Shown: positions 50,594 through 61,800, numbered from the stretch's first letter. The stretch is 64,000 bases of DNA from an uncultured Acidobacteriota bacterium (GCA_963827655.1 CAWHCF010000002.1:64001-128000), one strand, 5' to 3'. Notes: generated by a model from the letters alone, not told the origin. Translations and numbers: made by a program.

Positions 50594-51931
50594 TTACCTT
50601 TCTCCCGTTTTCTCAGGATCACCCGCAGCCGCCTTCATCAGCAACCTGACGACCGGAGTATCCCCTTTTGTCTTCGCCAGGCTCAAGGCGGTTTCGCCAT
50701 CCTGAGTGGTGGCCGCGACGCCGGCGCCGTGATCCAGCAGCAATCTGACAATGTCGGCGGCGAGAGGTTCCGAGTAAGCCGCCAGCATCAAAGCCGTGTA
50801 GCCCCGATCGTCCTTCACATTGACTTCCGCGCCCTTCTCCAGCAAGGCTCTGACAATATCGGTTGATCCCTGGTTAGCGGCCAGCGAAAGAGCGGTGATT
50901 CCCCTCTTCGTCCGCGCGTTCACCTGGGCGCCGTGCGCCAATAATAGCTGGACGGCGCCTGCATTCCTGGCGCGGGCCGCCGCCATCAAGGCAGTACCGC
51001 CGCTATTGGATTGTGCGTTCACGTCCGAGCCCCTGGCAATCAAGAGTCTGAGGATCTCAGCATCTCCGCCGCCCGCCGCCTGAATCAAGGCCGTCGATCC
51101 ATTGATATCTCTCGCCTTGATATCGGCGCCCTTCTCCAGGAGCAATTTCACGATACCGGCAGCCCCCGCTTGGCCTGCTACGATCAAAAGCGGCGTTTTG
51201 CCGTCTTCGGATCTGGCGTTGACATCGGCCCCCCTCGCAACCAGCAAGCGTACTTTGCGCGCGTCGCCCACTCCCCACATCAAGGCGGTTGCGCCGGCAT
51301 TGTTCTTGAGGTTGGGATCGGCGCCCTGATCGAGCAGCAATTTCACCAGGTCCTCTCCGGCGTAGAGAGACCCATGCATCAAAGGAGTGGCGCCGCTCGA
51401 ATCCCTGACGTTTACCAGCGAGTGATCGCTACGGAGCAGCGCGCGAACTGCGTCCGTGTTTCCCTTGCGAATCGCCTGAAACAGGCTTTCGCCCCTTGAA
51501 TCGGAGTTTACGGTCTCTTTCGAGGGAGCGGCTTCCGTCAGAGAGATCTCAGGCCAATCGGGCCCCTGGTCGATCCATGCCCTCAGAACGCCGATTTCTT
51601 CAGCCGTCAGAGGACCTGTGGGGGGCATCTGGATTCCCAGCTCCGAACCCACCAGCCGCAGGATAAACTTGCTTTCGGCGCTGTTGCCGGGGAGAATCAC
51701 CGGGCCTGAGTCTCCGCCTCTCAACGCCGCCGCTCTGTGATCGAGGCGCAGACCCGCCTTTTGTTGTGACGATCCGTGACAGGCATGACACTGCGCGCGA
51801 AGAATGGGATTTACGTCGCGTGTGAAATCGACTTTGATGTTGGCCGGTGGCGGCAGGCCGGTAGACTGCTGGCCTTTAGCCGCCGGCGAGGCCATGAAAA
51901 TCAACAGTATCGCGCAGCCGAATTTCGTCAT
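50594..51931 (-). CDS. Planctomycete-type cytochrome c domain plus ankyrin-repeat protein
   Basis: Signal peptide; VDFTRDVNPIL..QCHACHG..GLRLD..MPP..WIDQG; about 9 ankyrin repeats (G.TALM.A...GADVN). Confidence 0.87.
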   Translation of the reverse strand: MTKFGCAILLIFMASPAAKGQQSTGLPPPANIKVDFTRDVNPILRAQCHACHGSSQQKAGLRLDHRAAALRGGDSGPVILPGNSAESKFILRLVGSELGIQMPPTGPLTAEEIGVLRAWIDQGPDWPEISLTEAAPSKETVNSDSRGESLFQAIRKGNTDAVRALLRSDHSLVNVRDSSGATPLMHGSLYAGEDLVKLLLDQGADPNLKNNAGATALMWGVGDARKVRLLVARGADVNARSEDGKTPLLIVAGQAGAAGIVKLLLEKGADIKARDINGSTALIQAAGGGDAEILRLLIARGSDVNAQSNSGGTALMAAARARNAGAVQLLLAHGAQVNARTKRGITALSLAANQGSTDIVRALLEKGAEVNVKDDRGYTALMLAAYSEPLAADIVRLLLDHGAGVAATTQDGETALSLAKTKGDTPVVRLLMKAAAGDPEKTGER

Positions 51932-51979
51932 TGGGTTGGATTATCAGCCATTCACCGCCAAGACGCAAAGCAATCAGCG

Positions 51980-52022
51980 CTTGGTGTTTCTTCGTGTCTT
52001 TGCGTCTTTGTGGTATTTGTTT
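51980..52022 (-). repeat. Full-length family A repeat copy
   Basis: Reverse complement reads aaacaaataccacaaagacgcaaagacacgaagaaacaccaag. Confidence 0.85.
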
Positions 52023-52098
52023 GGCGTTACCTTGTTAACGGTGCCTTTCTCGCCGGCGTCTTACGCGCAGGACAAACAACCCGACGGAAGGAGTCGCC

Positions 52099-52776
52099 AT
52101 GAAATCCAGCAACCTCTTTTCACCGAAATGTGCGCCGGCGCTGATCCTGATTCTTCTCTTGATCCAGTCTAACGCCCTGGCCGGACCGCCGCTGCTCTGC
52201 TTTCCATTCGAGATCGGAAACGCGAAATCGCTCCCCTGGCAAGGTCGTAGCTGGGAATCAACTCGGCCGGACTACGATATCAGCCGGCTCGTCGACGACA
52301 CTTTTGCCCTGCTAAGCACAGACGCACCGGTCATCGTGCGCATGGAAACTCTGCGCAGGGCTACCATCTATGCGCGCAAGGACCGTAAAGTCGCCGACGC
52401 GCTGCTGGCTCGAATGAAAAAACGCGCGGCCGAAGCCGAGCGCGATCCGCTGGCATTGTTTGATGCCGGCTATTTGATCGAGTCCTACCGGCAGGCTTAT
52501 TGGATCTCTACCCACTCCGGCGAAACTTACTGGAAATTCAGCCAGGCCGATCCGGGAAAAGATGTGGACGGATATGCTCTGGTGCTGAAAGCCATCCAGT
52601 CCAGGGGCGGGGATCCGGACATGGAATTTGCGGCTGCGCTGATCACGACTGACCCCGAGCGGCGCAGTCAACATGACGAGCACCTGCGTCGAGCCATCGC
52701 AGGCGCGAAAGATGGTTCGCTGCTTGCCAGGAACCTGGAAAGTCATTTCAAGCAGCAGGGCAAGAGCATCGTCTGA
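52099..52776 (+). CDS. Secreted helical hypothetical protein
   Basis: RBS AAGGAG; signal peptide ending ALA-GPPLLC; IVRMETLRRATIYA, FDAGYL.E.Y, MEFAAAL. Confidence 0.8.
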   Translation: MKSSNLFSPKCAPALILILLLIQSNALAGPPLLCFPFEIGNAKSLPWQGRSWESTRPDYDISRLVDDTFALLSTDAPVIVRMETLRRATIYARKDRKVADALLARMKKRAAEAERDPLALFDAGYLIESYRQAYWISTHSGETYWKFSQADPGKDVDGYALVLKAIQSRGGDPDMEFAAALITTDPERRSQHDEHLRRAIAGAKDGSLLARNLESHFKQQGKSIV

Positions 52777-52892
52777 TTGCGGATTGCAGATTTTCCGATT
52801 TCGGATTGCGGATTTCGGATTGCGGATTGTTCGAGGAAGTTTCTGAAGATCTATTGAGCGATCACTGAAATCCGCAATCTGCAATCCGCAAT
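52775..52892. repeat. Inverted pair of heptamer arrays (GATTGCG / CGCAATC) between convergent genes
   Basis: gattgcg gattgca ... gatttcg gattgcg gatttcg gattgcg (52775-52829) faces aaatccgcaatctgcaatccgcaat (52868-52892). Confidence 0.85.
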
Positions 52893-52894
52893 TG

Positions 52895-54583
52895 TTATAC
52901 TTCGGCTCCCAGGCCGGTGTTCGCCCGCACGTTGACCTCGCTGTAGCGCGCTTCGGCCGCGCGGTCGCGCCGAGAGAGCAGGGTTCCTGCGATCGCAGCA
53001 AAAAATCCGAGGGGAATCGACACGATTCCGGGATTCTCCAGCGGAAAGATCGGCTCAGCCTGGATGAGGTGCCTGGCCGAAGCCGCGGGAGAATCAATGC
53101 CCATGACCGCCGGGCTGAGAATAATCAGAATCAACGACGCCGCCAGCCCCGTCAGCATTCCGATCACGGTGCCGGTGGTGTTAAAGCGCCGCCAGAAAAG
53201 CGAAAGGATGATGGCCGGCACATTGGCCGAGGCGGCCACCGCAAACGCGAGCCCGACCAGGAATGCCACATTGAGATTCTTGAGAGCGATCCCAAGAATG
53301 ATAGCCAGAGCGCCGACTGCGAACGCGGTCACACGCGCCACCTTGACCTGCTCGCGTTCATCTTCCTTTCCTTTCTTGATGACCATTAACCACAAATCGT
53401 GAGCAAACGCCGAGGAAGCGGCTATCGTCAAACCGGCGACCACCGCCAGAATGGTGGCGAAAGCCACCGCCGCGATGAAGGCGAGAAAGATCTCCCCTCC
53501 AAGCTGCTCGGCCAGTAGCGGGGCGGCAAGGTTGTTGTTCGGGGTCGGGACGATGTAGCCGGATTTGCTCAGTTGTTCGGAAAGCAGAGCAGCCCTATCC
53601 GGATTGGCTGCGATAAACCGGATTGCCGCCTCACCGGACAATCGCACTCCGATATTGGCTCTTCCTACCAGGGTCGCCGCGCCAAAGCCAAGGAAAGTCG
53701 TCATGATGTAAAACGCGCCGATCAAGATCATGGCCCAGACCACGGAAACCCGCGCCGCTCGAGCCGTCGGCACGGTGTAGAAGCGCATCAGGATGTGCGG
53801 CAGCCCCGCAGTGCCGAAAATCAATGCCATCCCAAGGGAGATGAGATCCAGCGGTCCGTAGATTCCGTTGTAGCGCAAGCCAGGCTGGGTAAAATTCTTG
53901 GTTGCGATGACATTGCCCGCCGCATCGCGTACGGTGCCGGTGACGCTCGCGACTGCCTCGAAGAACTTTACGAATGAGAAGTCGAACCGCGACATGACCA
54001 TCACGCTGAGCACAATGGTGCCTGCCATCAGCAGAATGGCTTTGATAATCTGCACCCAGGTTGTCGCCAGCATGCCCCCGAACACCACGTAGATAATCAT
54101 CAGCACGCCCACAATAACGATAGCGGCGTTGAACGAGATCTCGGGAATCAGGAGATTGACCAGCGAGCCGGCGCCTACCATCTGGGCAATCATGTAGAAC
54201 AGGCTGACGACAAGGGTCGAAACGGCAGCCACCGAGCGAACCGAGGGATGAGCCAGCCGGTAAGCCAGCACGTCGGCCATGGTGTATTTACCGGTGTTGC
54301 GCAGCGGCTCGGCCACAAGCAACAGGACCGTCAAGTAGGCCACTAACCACCCTACCGAGTACATGAATCCGTCATAGCCGAAAAAGGCAATCAACCCTGC
54401 GATCCCGAGAAATGAAGCAGCCGACATGTAATCGCCGGCGACCGCGATGCCGTTCTGAAACCCGGTAATTTGACGCCCTGCCGCGTAGAAGTCCCTTGTC
54501 GTGTGGGTCCGCCGCGCCGCCCAGTATGTGATGCTGAGGGTAATCAGAACAAACAGCCCGAACATCACGAGAGTCGTGTTCAT
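52895..54583 (-). CDS. actP: Cation/acetate (monocarboxylate) symporter, SSS family
   Basis: [63 protein letters not shown]. Confidence 0.92.
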   Translation of the reverse strand: MNTTLVMFGLFVLITLSITYWAARRTHTTRDFYAAGRQITGFQNGIAVAGDYMSAASFLGIAGLIAFFGYDGFMYSVGWLVAYLTVLLLVAEPLRNTGKYTMADVLAYRLAHPSVRSVAAVSTLVVSLFYMIAQMVGAGSLVNLLIPEISFNAAIVIVGVLMIIYVVFGGMLATTWVQIIKAILLMAGTIVLSVMVMSRFDFSFVKFFEAVASVTGTVRDAAGNVIATKNFTQPGLRYNGIYGPLDLISLGMALIFGTAGLPHILMRFYTVPTARAARVSVVWAMILIGAFYIMTTFLGFGAATLVGRANIGVRLSGEAAIRFIAANPDRAALLSEQLSKSGYIVPTPNNNLAAPLLAEQLGGEIFLAFIAAVAFATILAVVAGLTIAASSAFAHDLWLMVIKKGKEDEREQVKVARVTAFAVGALAIILGIALKNLNVAFLVGLAFAVAASANVPAIILSLFWRRFNTTGTVIGMLTGLAASLILIILSPAVMGIDSPAASARHLIQAEPIFPLENPGIVSIPLGFFAAIAGTLLSRRDRAAEARYSEVNVRANTGLGAEV

Positions 54584-54966
54584 CGAGAGACTCCCTTGAC
54601 TCGCTCGACTATTCGGGCAGCCAGCCGGTCGAATACTCCCGCCTCCCGAACGTAGAGGTACGACAGGACCCAGGCCATCAGGAACTGCGAAAGGGCGAAA
54701 AGGTAGGCGAGATTAACGCTGCCGATGACGTTGGTTTCCATCAGCCGCGGCCAATACCCAACCAGTACAGGAAGGGCGAAGTAGTACAGGATGAAAAAAA
54801 CTGTAGCCGGAATGATAAACCTTCTCTTGGCTGCTATCAGTTTCTGGAATTCCGCATCTGCCTCAATGGCCTGCCATTCGGAAGCGTGGCGCAGCGCTTC
54901 CTGCTCCTCGCGCAATTCAAGTTCCTTAAGAGTGTCGTGGTCTTGCGCCTGGGGTTTTCGGGACAC
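54580..54966 (-). CDS. yjcH: DUF485 (YjcH-like) membrane partner of ActP
   Basis: [11 protein letters not shown], two TM helices, FDRLA; 4-nt overlap with actP; GTG start with AGGAG RBS. Confidence 0.87.
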   Translation of the reverse strand: MSRKPQAQDHDTLKELELREEQEALRHASEWQAIEADAEFQKLIAAKRRFIIPATVFFILYYFALPVLVGYWPRLMETNVIGSVNLAYLFALSQFLMAWVLSYLYVREAGVFDRLAARIVERVKGVSR

Positions 54967-55087
54967 GGGGTCTCCTCTGCTCAAGTTTGCCGGCGGATGA
55001 GCGTCGAACAAAAGGGGTAATTATCAGCGATTCCACGCTCCCCATCAAGAGTCGTCGTGTCTTCGTGTCTTTGTCGGTATTTGTTCC

Positions 55088-56380
55088 CTAGCCTTCGACT
55101 GGCCGCGTGGGATCGATCTTCAACCACAACAGCGCCGCGACCAGACACAGAGCGCTTCCCAGCAGAAACCCGGGAGTCCAGCTTTCGAAAGCCTGGAGCA
55201 TCCAGGCGAAGACGATCGGGGAAAGAGCGCCCCCGACGTTACCAAACGTATTCATCAGGCCCGAAACCTTTCCGGCATGGTCGCGCCCGATGTCGAGCGG
55301 AACAGCCCACGAGACCCCGGTCGTCAGCTCGAGGCCTGCCACCGCGATCGACATGAAAACAATCGCCGCCGTGGGGCTCGTGGCCAGGATTCCCAACGCG
55401 ACGAAAGCCACCCCGATACCAAAACCGGCCACCGCAACTATCCTTCGGCTCGACCTCAGATTTCCGGTCCGCAGGTAGAGCTGGTCCGAGAGCCAGCCGC
55501 CCAGCGTGTTGGTGATGGTTCCGGCCAGCAGCGGCGCGCCGGCGTAGAGACTGGCCTTCAGAAGGCTGAAGTGGCGCACCTCTGTGAAATAGGTTGGCAG
55601 CCAGTTCAAGAATATCCAAAGCACGTACCCGTAACAGAAGTACATCACGCATAGACACCAGGTATTCGGACTGCCCAGAAGTTTGCGCCAGGCCAGCGGC
55701 GCCGCGGAGAACACCGGCGACCTGCCTGCATGAATCCACTCGAGCTCCGACTGCGACACCCCGGGGTGGTCCTCCGGGCGGTCGCGGTACCAGAAGAACC
55801 AGAGAATGGCCCAGACGATGCCGGCAACTCCGAATAACGCGAACGCGGCGCGCCAACCCCAGACGGCCATCAAGGCTACCGTGGCCGCGGGGGTCAGGCT
55901 GCCGGCCAAACGCGATCCTGAGTGCGTGATTCCCTGCGCAAATCCGCGCTCAGAAGCGGCGAGCCAGCGAGAAAAGGCTCGAGTCGCGCTCGGAAAGGCC
56001 CCCGCCTGTCCTACACCAAACAGGAATCGGATCACCATCAGGGATGCCGCGTTCCAGGCGAACCCGGTGAGAGCCGTGAAGGCCGACCACCAGAGAACGA
56101 TGGCTGAGAGCATCCGCCGCGGGCCGATCCGGTCGACTAACCATCCTGCCGGCACCTGAAAAAGCCCGTAGCCCCAACCGAAGAGACTGAACACCAGCCC
56201 CATGGTCCAGTTATCGAACCCGAACTCTCTCTTGATGACAGGAGCGGCAGCCGCGATGCAGACCCGGTCCATGTACGTGATGGCATAGAGCAGCACGCTC
56301 ATCCACAGCACCTGATAGCGAACCGACGAACGGAGCTCGGTTTCGGCTGCGGCGGGCTGGTTCACCCTCAGTTCTTTCAT
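55088..56380 (-). CDS. MFS transporter, anion:cation symporter type (sugar-acid transporter-like)
   Basis: ITYMDRVCI, GWLVDRIGPRR, RFLFGVGQAGAFP, ERGFAQG, GLMNTFGNVGG. Confidence 0.9.
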   Translation of the reverse strand: MKELRVNQPAAAETELRSSVRYQVLWMSVLLYAITYMDRVCIAAAAPVIKREFGFDNWTMGLVFSLFGWGYGLFQVPAGWLVDRIGPRRMLSAIVLWWSAFTALTGFAWNAASLMVIRFLFGVGQAGAFPSATRAFSRWLAASERGFAQGITHSGSRLAGSLTPAATVALMAVWGWRAAFALFGVAGIVWAILWFFWYRDRPEDHPGVSQSELEWIHAGRSPVFSAAPLAWRKLLGSPNTWCLCVMYFCYGYVLWIFLNWLPTYFTEVRHFSLLKASLYAGAPLLAGTITNTLGGWLSDQLYLRTGNLRSSRRIVAVAGFGIGVAFVALGILATSPTAAIVFMSIAVAGLELTTGVSWAVPLDIGRDHAGKVSGLMNTFGNVGGALSPIVFAWMLQAFESWTPGFLLGSALCLVAALLWLKIDPTRPVEG

Positions 56381-56679
56381 CGGCCTCTGTTATTTCAAAG
56401 GCTTCTGCCGGAGTCAAAACTTTTCGCATGTGAACCTTCGAGATTCCTCAATCGGAATCTCATTCTATGTCTGGATGCTTGTGCAGAATTTCACGATCTC
56501 ATCCAAAGCCCCTCGGCGCTCGCCAAGAGTGGTCCATTGGGCCCGCGCCAAATGCGAGTGCATTTGCCCGCGCACAGGCAGTCAGAAATGAGTCAAATGA
56601 CACGTGGAAAATTCGCTCCGTTGCCGGATTCAGTCTTGACCTTTTAAAATGTTCTTAACTTCCGCCCGTCGGTTGTGAT

Positions 56680-56844
56680 ATACAACGCCCCATTCGCGAG
56701 TCAGTTAATAACCGTCCTTAGGGTTCACTTTGATCTGACGATCACCGGTTGCGGCAACGTGGGACGCCAAAGAAAACCTCAAACTACCTGGTCCGCAGGT
56801 TTAAACATACACCGCTGTATTCGCGAGTCGGCAGTAACCGTCCT
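56680..56844 (+). promoter_or_regulatory. Imperfect direct repeat (about 38 bp, period about 127 bp) in a long divergent intergenic region
   Basis: atacaacgccccattcgcgagtcagttaataaccgtcct versus atacaccgctgtattcgcgagtcggcagtaaccgtcct. Confidence 0.55.
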
Positions 56845-57202
56845 CATGGCTTGACGTTCCTCGCATCAAGTCAATAGTTTTTCTCTCCCCCTCAACATTG
56901 CTAGGAAAAGGAGTTCACGCGGCGACGTACTCTTCGCCAGCTTCAGTCAGTGCAACTGCACGCGTGATGGGTTGCGGCCTGCAGCCTTGAGGGTGCGGCT
57001 GGCATCGGGCTCGCTCAGATTAACCTGGAGGCGTGACCGGTTGGGCTGAAACAGGGTCTTCTTGATTCTTTATGATGGCTGGGTCTCAATGGCTTGAGGC
57101 TTTGCCGTCCTGGTAGCGCCGGTAGCTTAGCCGTGCTGGCGCTCCTTCTTTCAACAGAGGCTGCGCCTCCAAACCGAGGCATAGCCTCGAAGGAGGTGAC
57201 AC

Positions 57203-58618
57203 ATGCTTCGTAGACGGATCGCCTTGGCGGTTTTGTTCTCAGCGATCGCCGCTTTGGCTGCGACGGGCTGTAACCCGTCCGCCAAACAAACGGAACAGCG
57301 GCCAGGCGCCGCACCGACCGGGCGGCAATTCAGGCCGCCCTATTATGTGTTCAGCCCAGATGTGCCGCCCGATATCGTCACACAGGATGTCGGCGCCATC
57401 GGGTTTCAACCCTTTGTAGATAACCTGGCCTGGGACTCGTTTATCGCGCTCAATTGGCCCGTCCCGGACCCGATCACGCAACGCGGGGTCCCGGATCGCC
57501 AGAACGTCATCGGAGGTTTTCTCAGCACCGGAGAGGGTGGAAAGAAATCCCTGCCTATCGGCCCTACCGTCTGGGAGACTTACAAGGACACCGATGACAT
57601 CTTTCTCAATCCGCCGGTAAAGCCTTCGTCCTTCGACACTCCTGAAAGCATCCCGCCCCCCTGCATAGTTCCCGCAAGCGGAAACTCGGCCGCTGCCCGT
57701 CGTACCCTGACTCAAATCGCGAAGGTCTCAGACGTGCTCAAGGAATTCCAGGAGGCGTTCACCGGGTTCCCATTGATAGACCAGAACGGTGAGTACGTCT
57801 GGTACGAAGTGAAGGTCAACCAGGCGTACTACGACTATGTCGTGAACAACGGTTTCTTCAACAGCGCGAACCAGACGGGCAAGGTGATCTCGTTTCCCTC
57901 GTCATCCAACACTACCCGCGATGTGCCCGCGATCAAGATCAAGGCAGCCTGGAAAATAATGGGCGGGTCCGGGAGCCGGCAGCCCGATGACCCTACCAGG
58001 TTCTACACAACATGGGCTTTCGTCTATAACCCTGATACGGGCCAGTGCGCCGCAAAACAGGTGGGTCTTGTGGGACTGCATATCGTGATGAAGACGGCGC
58101 TGCTGCCGCAGTGGAACTGGGCGACCTTTGAGCACGTGGACAACGCGCCTGACCAGCAGGGAGGGCCCGTGCCTGGAAAGAAGTACAACTTCTTCAGCTC
58201 AACCTGCGCAGGTTGCCCGTTCAATAAACCACCAACCAAGCCAAACATGCCGACACAGGTAGTGCGCTTGATTCAGGTCAGCAGCATAGCTCCGAACAGT
58301 GTCTATCAGGGTGCGCTCACATCGCTGCGCCCGGACAACGTCTGGCAGTACTACATGCTTGTTGACTCGCAGTGGTCCGGCACACGCACTCCCGTTGGCG
58401 TTCCGACCCAGCCCAAGTACCTGGCCAACGCGTCGCTGGAGACCTATCTGCAGGGCGCGGTAGACGACCCCAAGGCCCCGCACGGCTGCATCAACTGCCA
58501 CGGAACGTTTGCCGCCACAAAAGATTTGGATTTTCAGTTGTTCAAGGCGTATCCGCGATCGACGAGCCTGATCAAGGACATCCTCAAGGCGCATGGGCAA
58601 GCGCCTGCACCTAGGTAG
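57203..58618 (+). CDS. Uncharacterised lipoprotein with a single C-terminal heme-c motif
   Basis: RBS AAGGAGGT; lipobox-like ATGC; AWDSFIALNWP, IKAAWK, GLVGLHI, WATFEHVDN, LAN..LETY, CINCH. Confidence 0.8.
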   Translation: MLRRRIALAVLFSAIAALAATGCNPSAKQTEQRPGAAPTGRQFRPPYYVFSPDVPPDIVTQDVGAIGFQPFVDNLAWDSFIALNWPVPDPITQRGVPDRQNVIGGFLSTGEGGKKSLPIGPTVWETYKDTDDIFLNPPVKPSSFDTPESIPPPCIVPASGNSAAARRTLTQIAKVSDVLKEFQEAFTGFPLIDQNGEYVWYEVKVNQAYYDYVVNNGFFNSANQTGKVISFPSSSNTTRDVPAIKIKAAWKIMGGSGSRQPDDPTRFYTTWAFVYNPDTGQCAAKQVGLVGLHIVMKTALLPQWNWATFEHVDNAPDQQGGPVPGKKYNFFSSTCAGCPFNKPPTKPNMPTQVVRLIQVSSIAPNSVYQGALTSLRPDNVWQYYMLVDSQWSGTRTPVGVPTQPKYLANASLETYLQGAVDDPKAPHGCINCHGTFAATKDLDFQLFKAYPRSTSLIKDILKAHGQAPAPR

Positions 58619-58622
58619 TGCT

Positions 58623-58710
58623 CTTAGAGTTTCTTTGTGTCTTCGTGTCTTTGTGGTTAGAGCTGTCTAACAAATACCACGAAGACTCAAAGACACGAAG
58701 AAACACCAAG
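58623..58710. repeat. Family A repeat as an inverted pair
   Basis: cttagagtttctttgtgtcttcgtgtctttgtggt ... aacaaataccacgaagactcaaagacacgaagaaacaccaag. Confidence 0.85.
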
Positions 58711-58857
58711 AATCTTGCCAAAAAAGCAAGAAGTTACGGCGTAGTAATACAAGGACACGAAGAAGAAAAATCATCCTGGCCAGTTAATATCGAAGCGCCT
58801 ATAATGATCACTTCTTCCTGGCAATCGCGGCGTCTTATTCCCTTTCAGGAGCAAATT

Positions 58858-61800
58858 ATGCATATTCGTGTCTCCATCACACTCGGTCAATTCCTTCTCC
58901 TCGCCGCCATTGCCGCTGCGCAGGATCCCCGAGGCACCATCCTCGGGCGGGTCACCGACTCCACGGGCGCCGTCATGCCCGGAGTCGAGGTGCGGGCGAC
59001 AAGCACTGCTACCAATGTGAAGGCGTCGGCCGTGACTAATGATGGAGGAAGCTACAACATCCCCTTTCTTCTTCCCGGCACCTACAGTATCCGCGCCGAA
59101 CTGTCCGGCTTCAAAAAATTCGCGCAGGATAACGTTCAGGTGCGTGTGAGCGAGACCGTGGAGTTGAACTTTCGGATGGAAATCGGGGAGCTTACCGAAA
59201 CAGTCACTGCTACGGCCGAAAGCCCCGTGCTCGACACGGCCGGATCGTCTCTCGGTCAGGTAGTGGACCAGCGGCGAGTGCTCGAGCTGCCTCTTTTCGC
59301 CGGCAACCCGATGGAGCTAACGCTGCTGACTCCGGGAGTCGCCAACGCCACCGACATGCGGCTTCGGAAGGCGGCCTTCAATAACGCTCCCTCGCAGATC
59401 GCCACCGACGGAAACGGCCAATACAACAATGAGTTTCAAATCGACGGTGTTTCGAATACCTTCGCCGCGGGCAATGGCACCGCCCGGGTCGCCTTCAGTC
59501 CACCCGCGACCGCGATCAGCGAATTCAAGATGCAGACCACTCCGTACGACGCGAGCGTCGGCCACACGATCGGGGCGGTCACCAACGTCAGCACCGCCGG
59601 GGGCACGAACACGCTGCACGGCGAGGCGCACTTCTGGGAGCGCAACAGCGCCTTCGATGCGCCGAATTTCTTCAACAACAAGAACAACACCGAGCCGCCG
59701 GTCTATCAGGACCACCGCTATGGCGCCTCGGCGGGCGGGCCGGTCTGGATCCCCGGACTTTATGAGGGGAAGAACCGGACCTTCTGGTACTACGCCTGGG
59801 AGGCCAACAAATGGGGCGTCCCGAGCGCGTCGACCAGCACCGTGCCGACGGCCGCTCAGCGCGCCGGCGATTTCTCGGAGTTGTTGAGATTGGGCAACCA
59901 GTACCAGATCTACGATCCTCTGACCACGCGGGCCGAAGCCGGAGGCCGCTTCAGCCGGCAGCCCTTTCCCGGCAACATCATCCCTCAGAACCGGCTCGAT
60001 CCGGTGGGACAGAAGCTGGTCAATTTCTTCCCGCTGCCGAACCAGCCGGGAACCGTCGACGGCCGCAACAATTTCTTTTTCACCTACAAGGCGCTCGAGG
60101 ACTATTACGTTCACCTGGTCCGGGTCGACCACGCGTTCAGCGACAAGCATCGACTGTTCGCGCGCGTGCACTACGACTTCTGGGAGGAGGACAAGAACGA
60201 CATCTTCGGTAATCGGGTCAACAGCTTGATCCTGAACCGCATCAACCGCGGCTTTGCCTTCGACGACGTCTACGTCCTGAACTCGAAGATGGTCCTCAAC
60301 ATACGCTACGGCCTGACGAGCCAGGACTTTCCCGAGCGCCGGGCGAGCCAGGGGTTCGACCTGTCCTCGCTGGGCTTTTCGCCCTCGCTGGTTTCACTCG
60401 TCGACAAGAGCGTCGCCACGATTCCTCGCACGGCGGCCGGCGGTTACACGCGCTTCGCTAACTGGGAGAGCGGCGACGGCACCAATACCAGCCTGACCCA
60501 CAGCCTCACCGGCAACGTCACGCGTCTGGAGGGGAGCCATAACTTGAAGTTCGGAGTGGATGCCCGTGTCTACCGCGCCTTCGGCAACCGCTTCCAGCTC
60601 TCGACGTCGCCCGATCTCGAGTACAACAGTAACTACACGCGCGGACCGCTCGACAACTCGACCACGGCACCGATCGGCCAGGAGCTGGCCGCGATGCTGC
60701 TCGGCGTCCCGGCCGGCTCGATGGCTCGTTCGGCGAGCTTCGCCATGCAGGACACGTTCTACGGCCTCTACCTGCACGACGACTGGAAGGTCAACTCGCG
60801 TCTGACACTCAACCTCGGTCTGCGCTGGGAGCTCGAGACGCCGATTACCGAACGCTTCGACCGGCTCGTGGGCGGCTTCGCCTACGGACAACCGAACCCG
60901 ATCGAGGCGGAGGCCCAGGCCAACTACGCCCGCAATCCGATCCCGGAGATCGATCCGTCCGCATTCCGGGTTCTCGGCGGACTCATGTTCCTGAACCAGG
61001 GAGGCCTCGAGCGCAGCCCGTTTTATGGCGAGAAGAACAACTTCCAGCCCAGGATCGGTTTCGCCTATCAGCTTACCCGGGGAACGGTGCTGCGCGGCGG
61101 CTACGGCATCTTCCACGACACCATCGGGACCAACAGCAACACCGCGCTCCAATCCGGCTTCTCGCAGACCACTCCGATCCAGGCATCGCTCGACAACGGT
61201 CTGACCTATGTCGCGAACAACGTGAATCCGTTCCCGACCGGGCTGCTCAGCCCGCTCGGCCCGGCGGGAGGGCTGCGCACCAACCTGGGCCAGGCGCTGA
61301 CATTCTATGACACCAACCTGCTCCAACCCTACGCGCAACGCTGGTCGCTCGGGATCCAGCAGATGCTGCCGTCTCAGTTCCTGACCGAGGCGACTTACGT
61401 CGGCAACCGCGGAACCCGCCTCGGCGCCAGCCGCAACATCAACGCCACGCCCGCGCAGTACCTGAGCACCAGGCCGACCCGCGACCAGGCGACCATCGAC
61501 TATCTCTCGGCGACATTTGTTAGTCCGTTTGCCGGGATCGACCCGATTTACCCCGCCCGCACGTCGCGCGAGAGCCTGCTTCGCCCCTATCCGCACTTCG
61601 GCGCCGTCAACGTCGAGGAGCCGACCGGCTACTCCTGGTACCACTCGCTGCAGGCGCGCCTCGAGCGCCGCTTCGCGCAGGGGTTCACTTTCCAGCTCGG
61701 CTACACCTGGTCGAAGCTGATGGAAGCGGTCGAGTTCCTGAACGCGAGCGATCCAATGCCGTCGGAGGTGATTGGCTCTTTCGATCGCACGCACCGTCTG

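Noticed and set aside
56745-56810. c-di-GMP-I (GEMM) riboswitch suggested by GGGACGCCAAAG
   Set aside because: The GGCAAAC / GNRA P2 arrangement and the P3 receptor stem are not recognisable. An Infernal scan would settle it.
58618-58857. 80-aa N-terminal extension of the second TonB receptor
   Set aside because: It is a translation of the repeat hairpin. The signal peptide and RBS fit ATG 58858.
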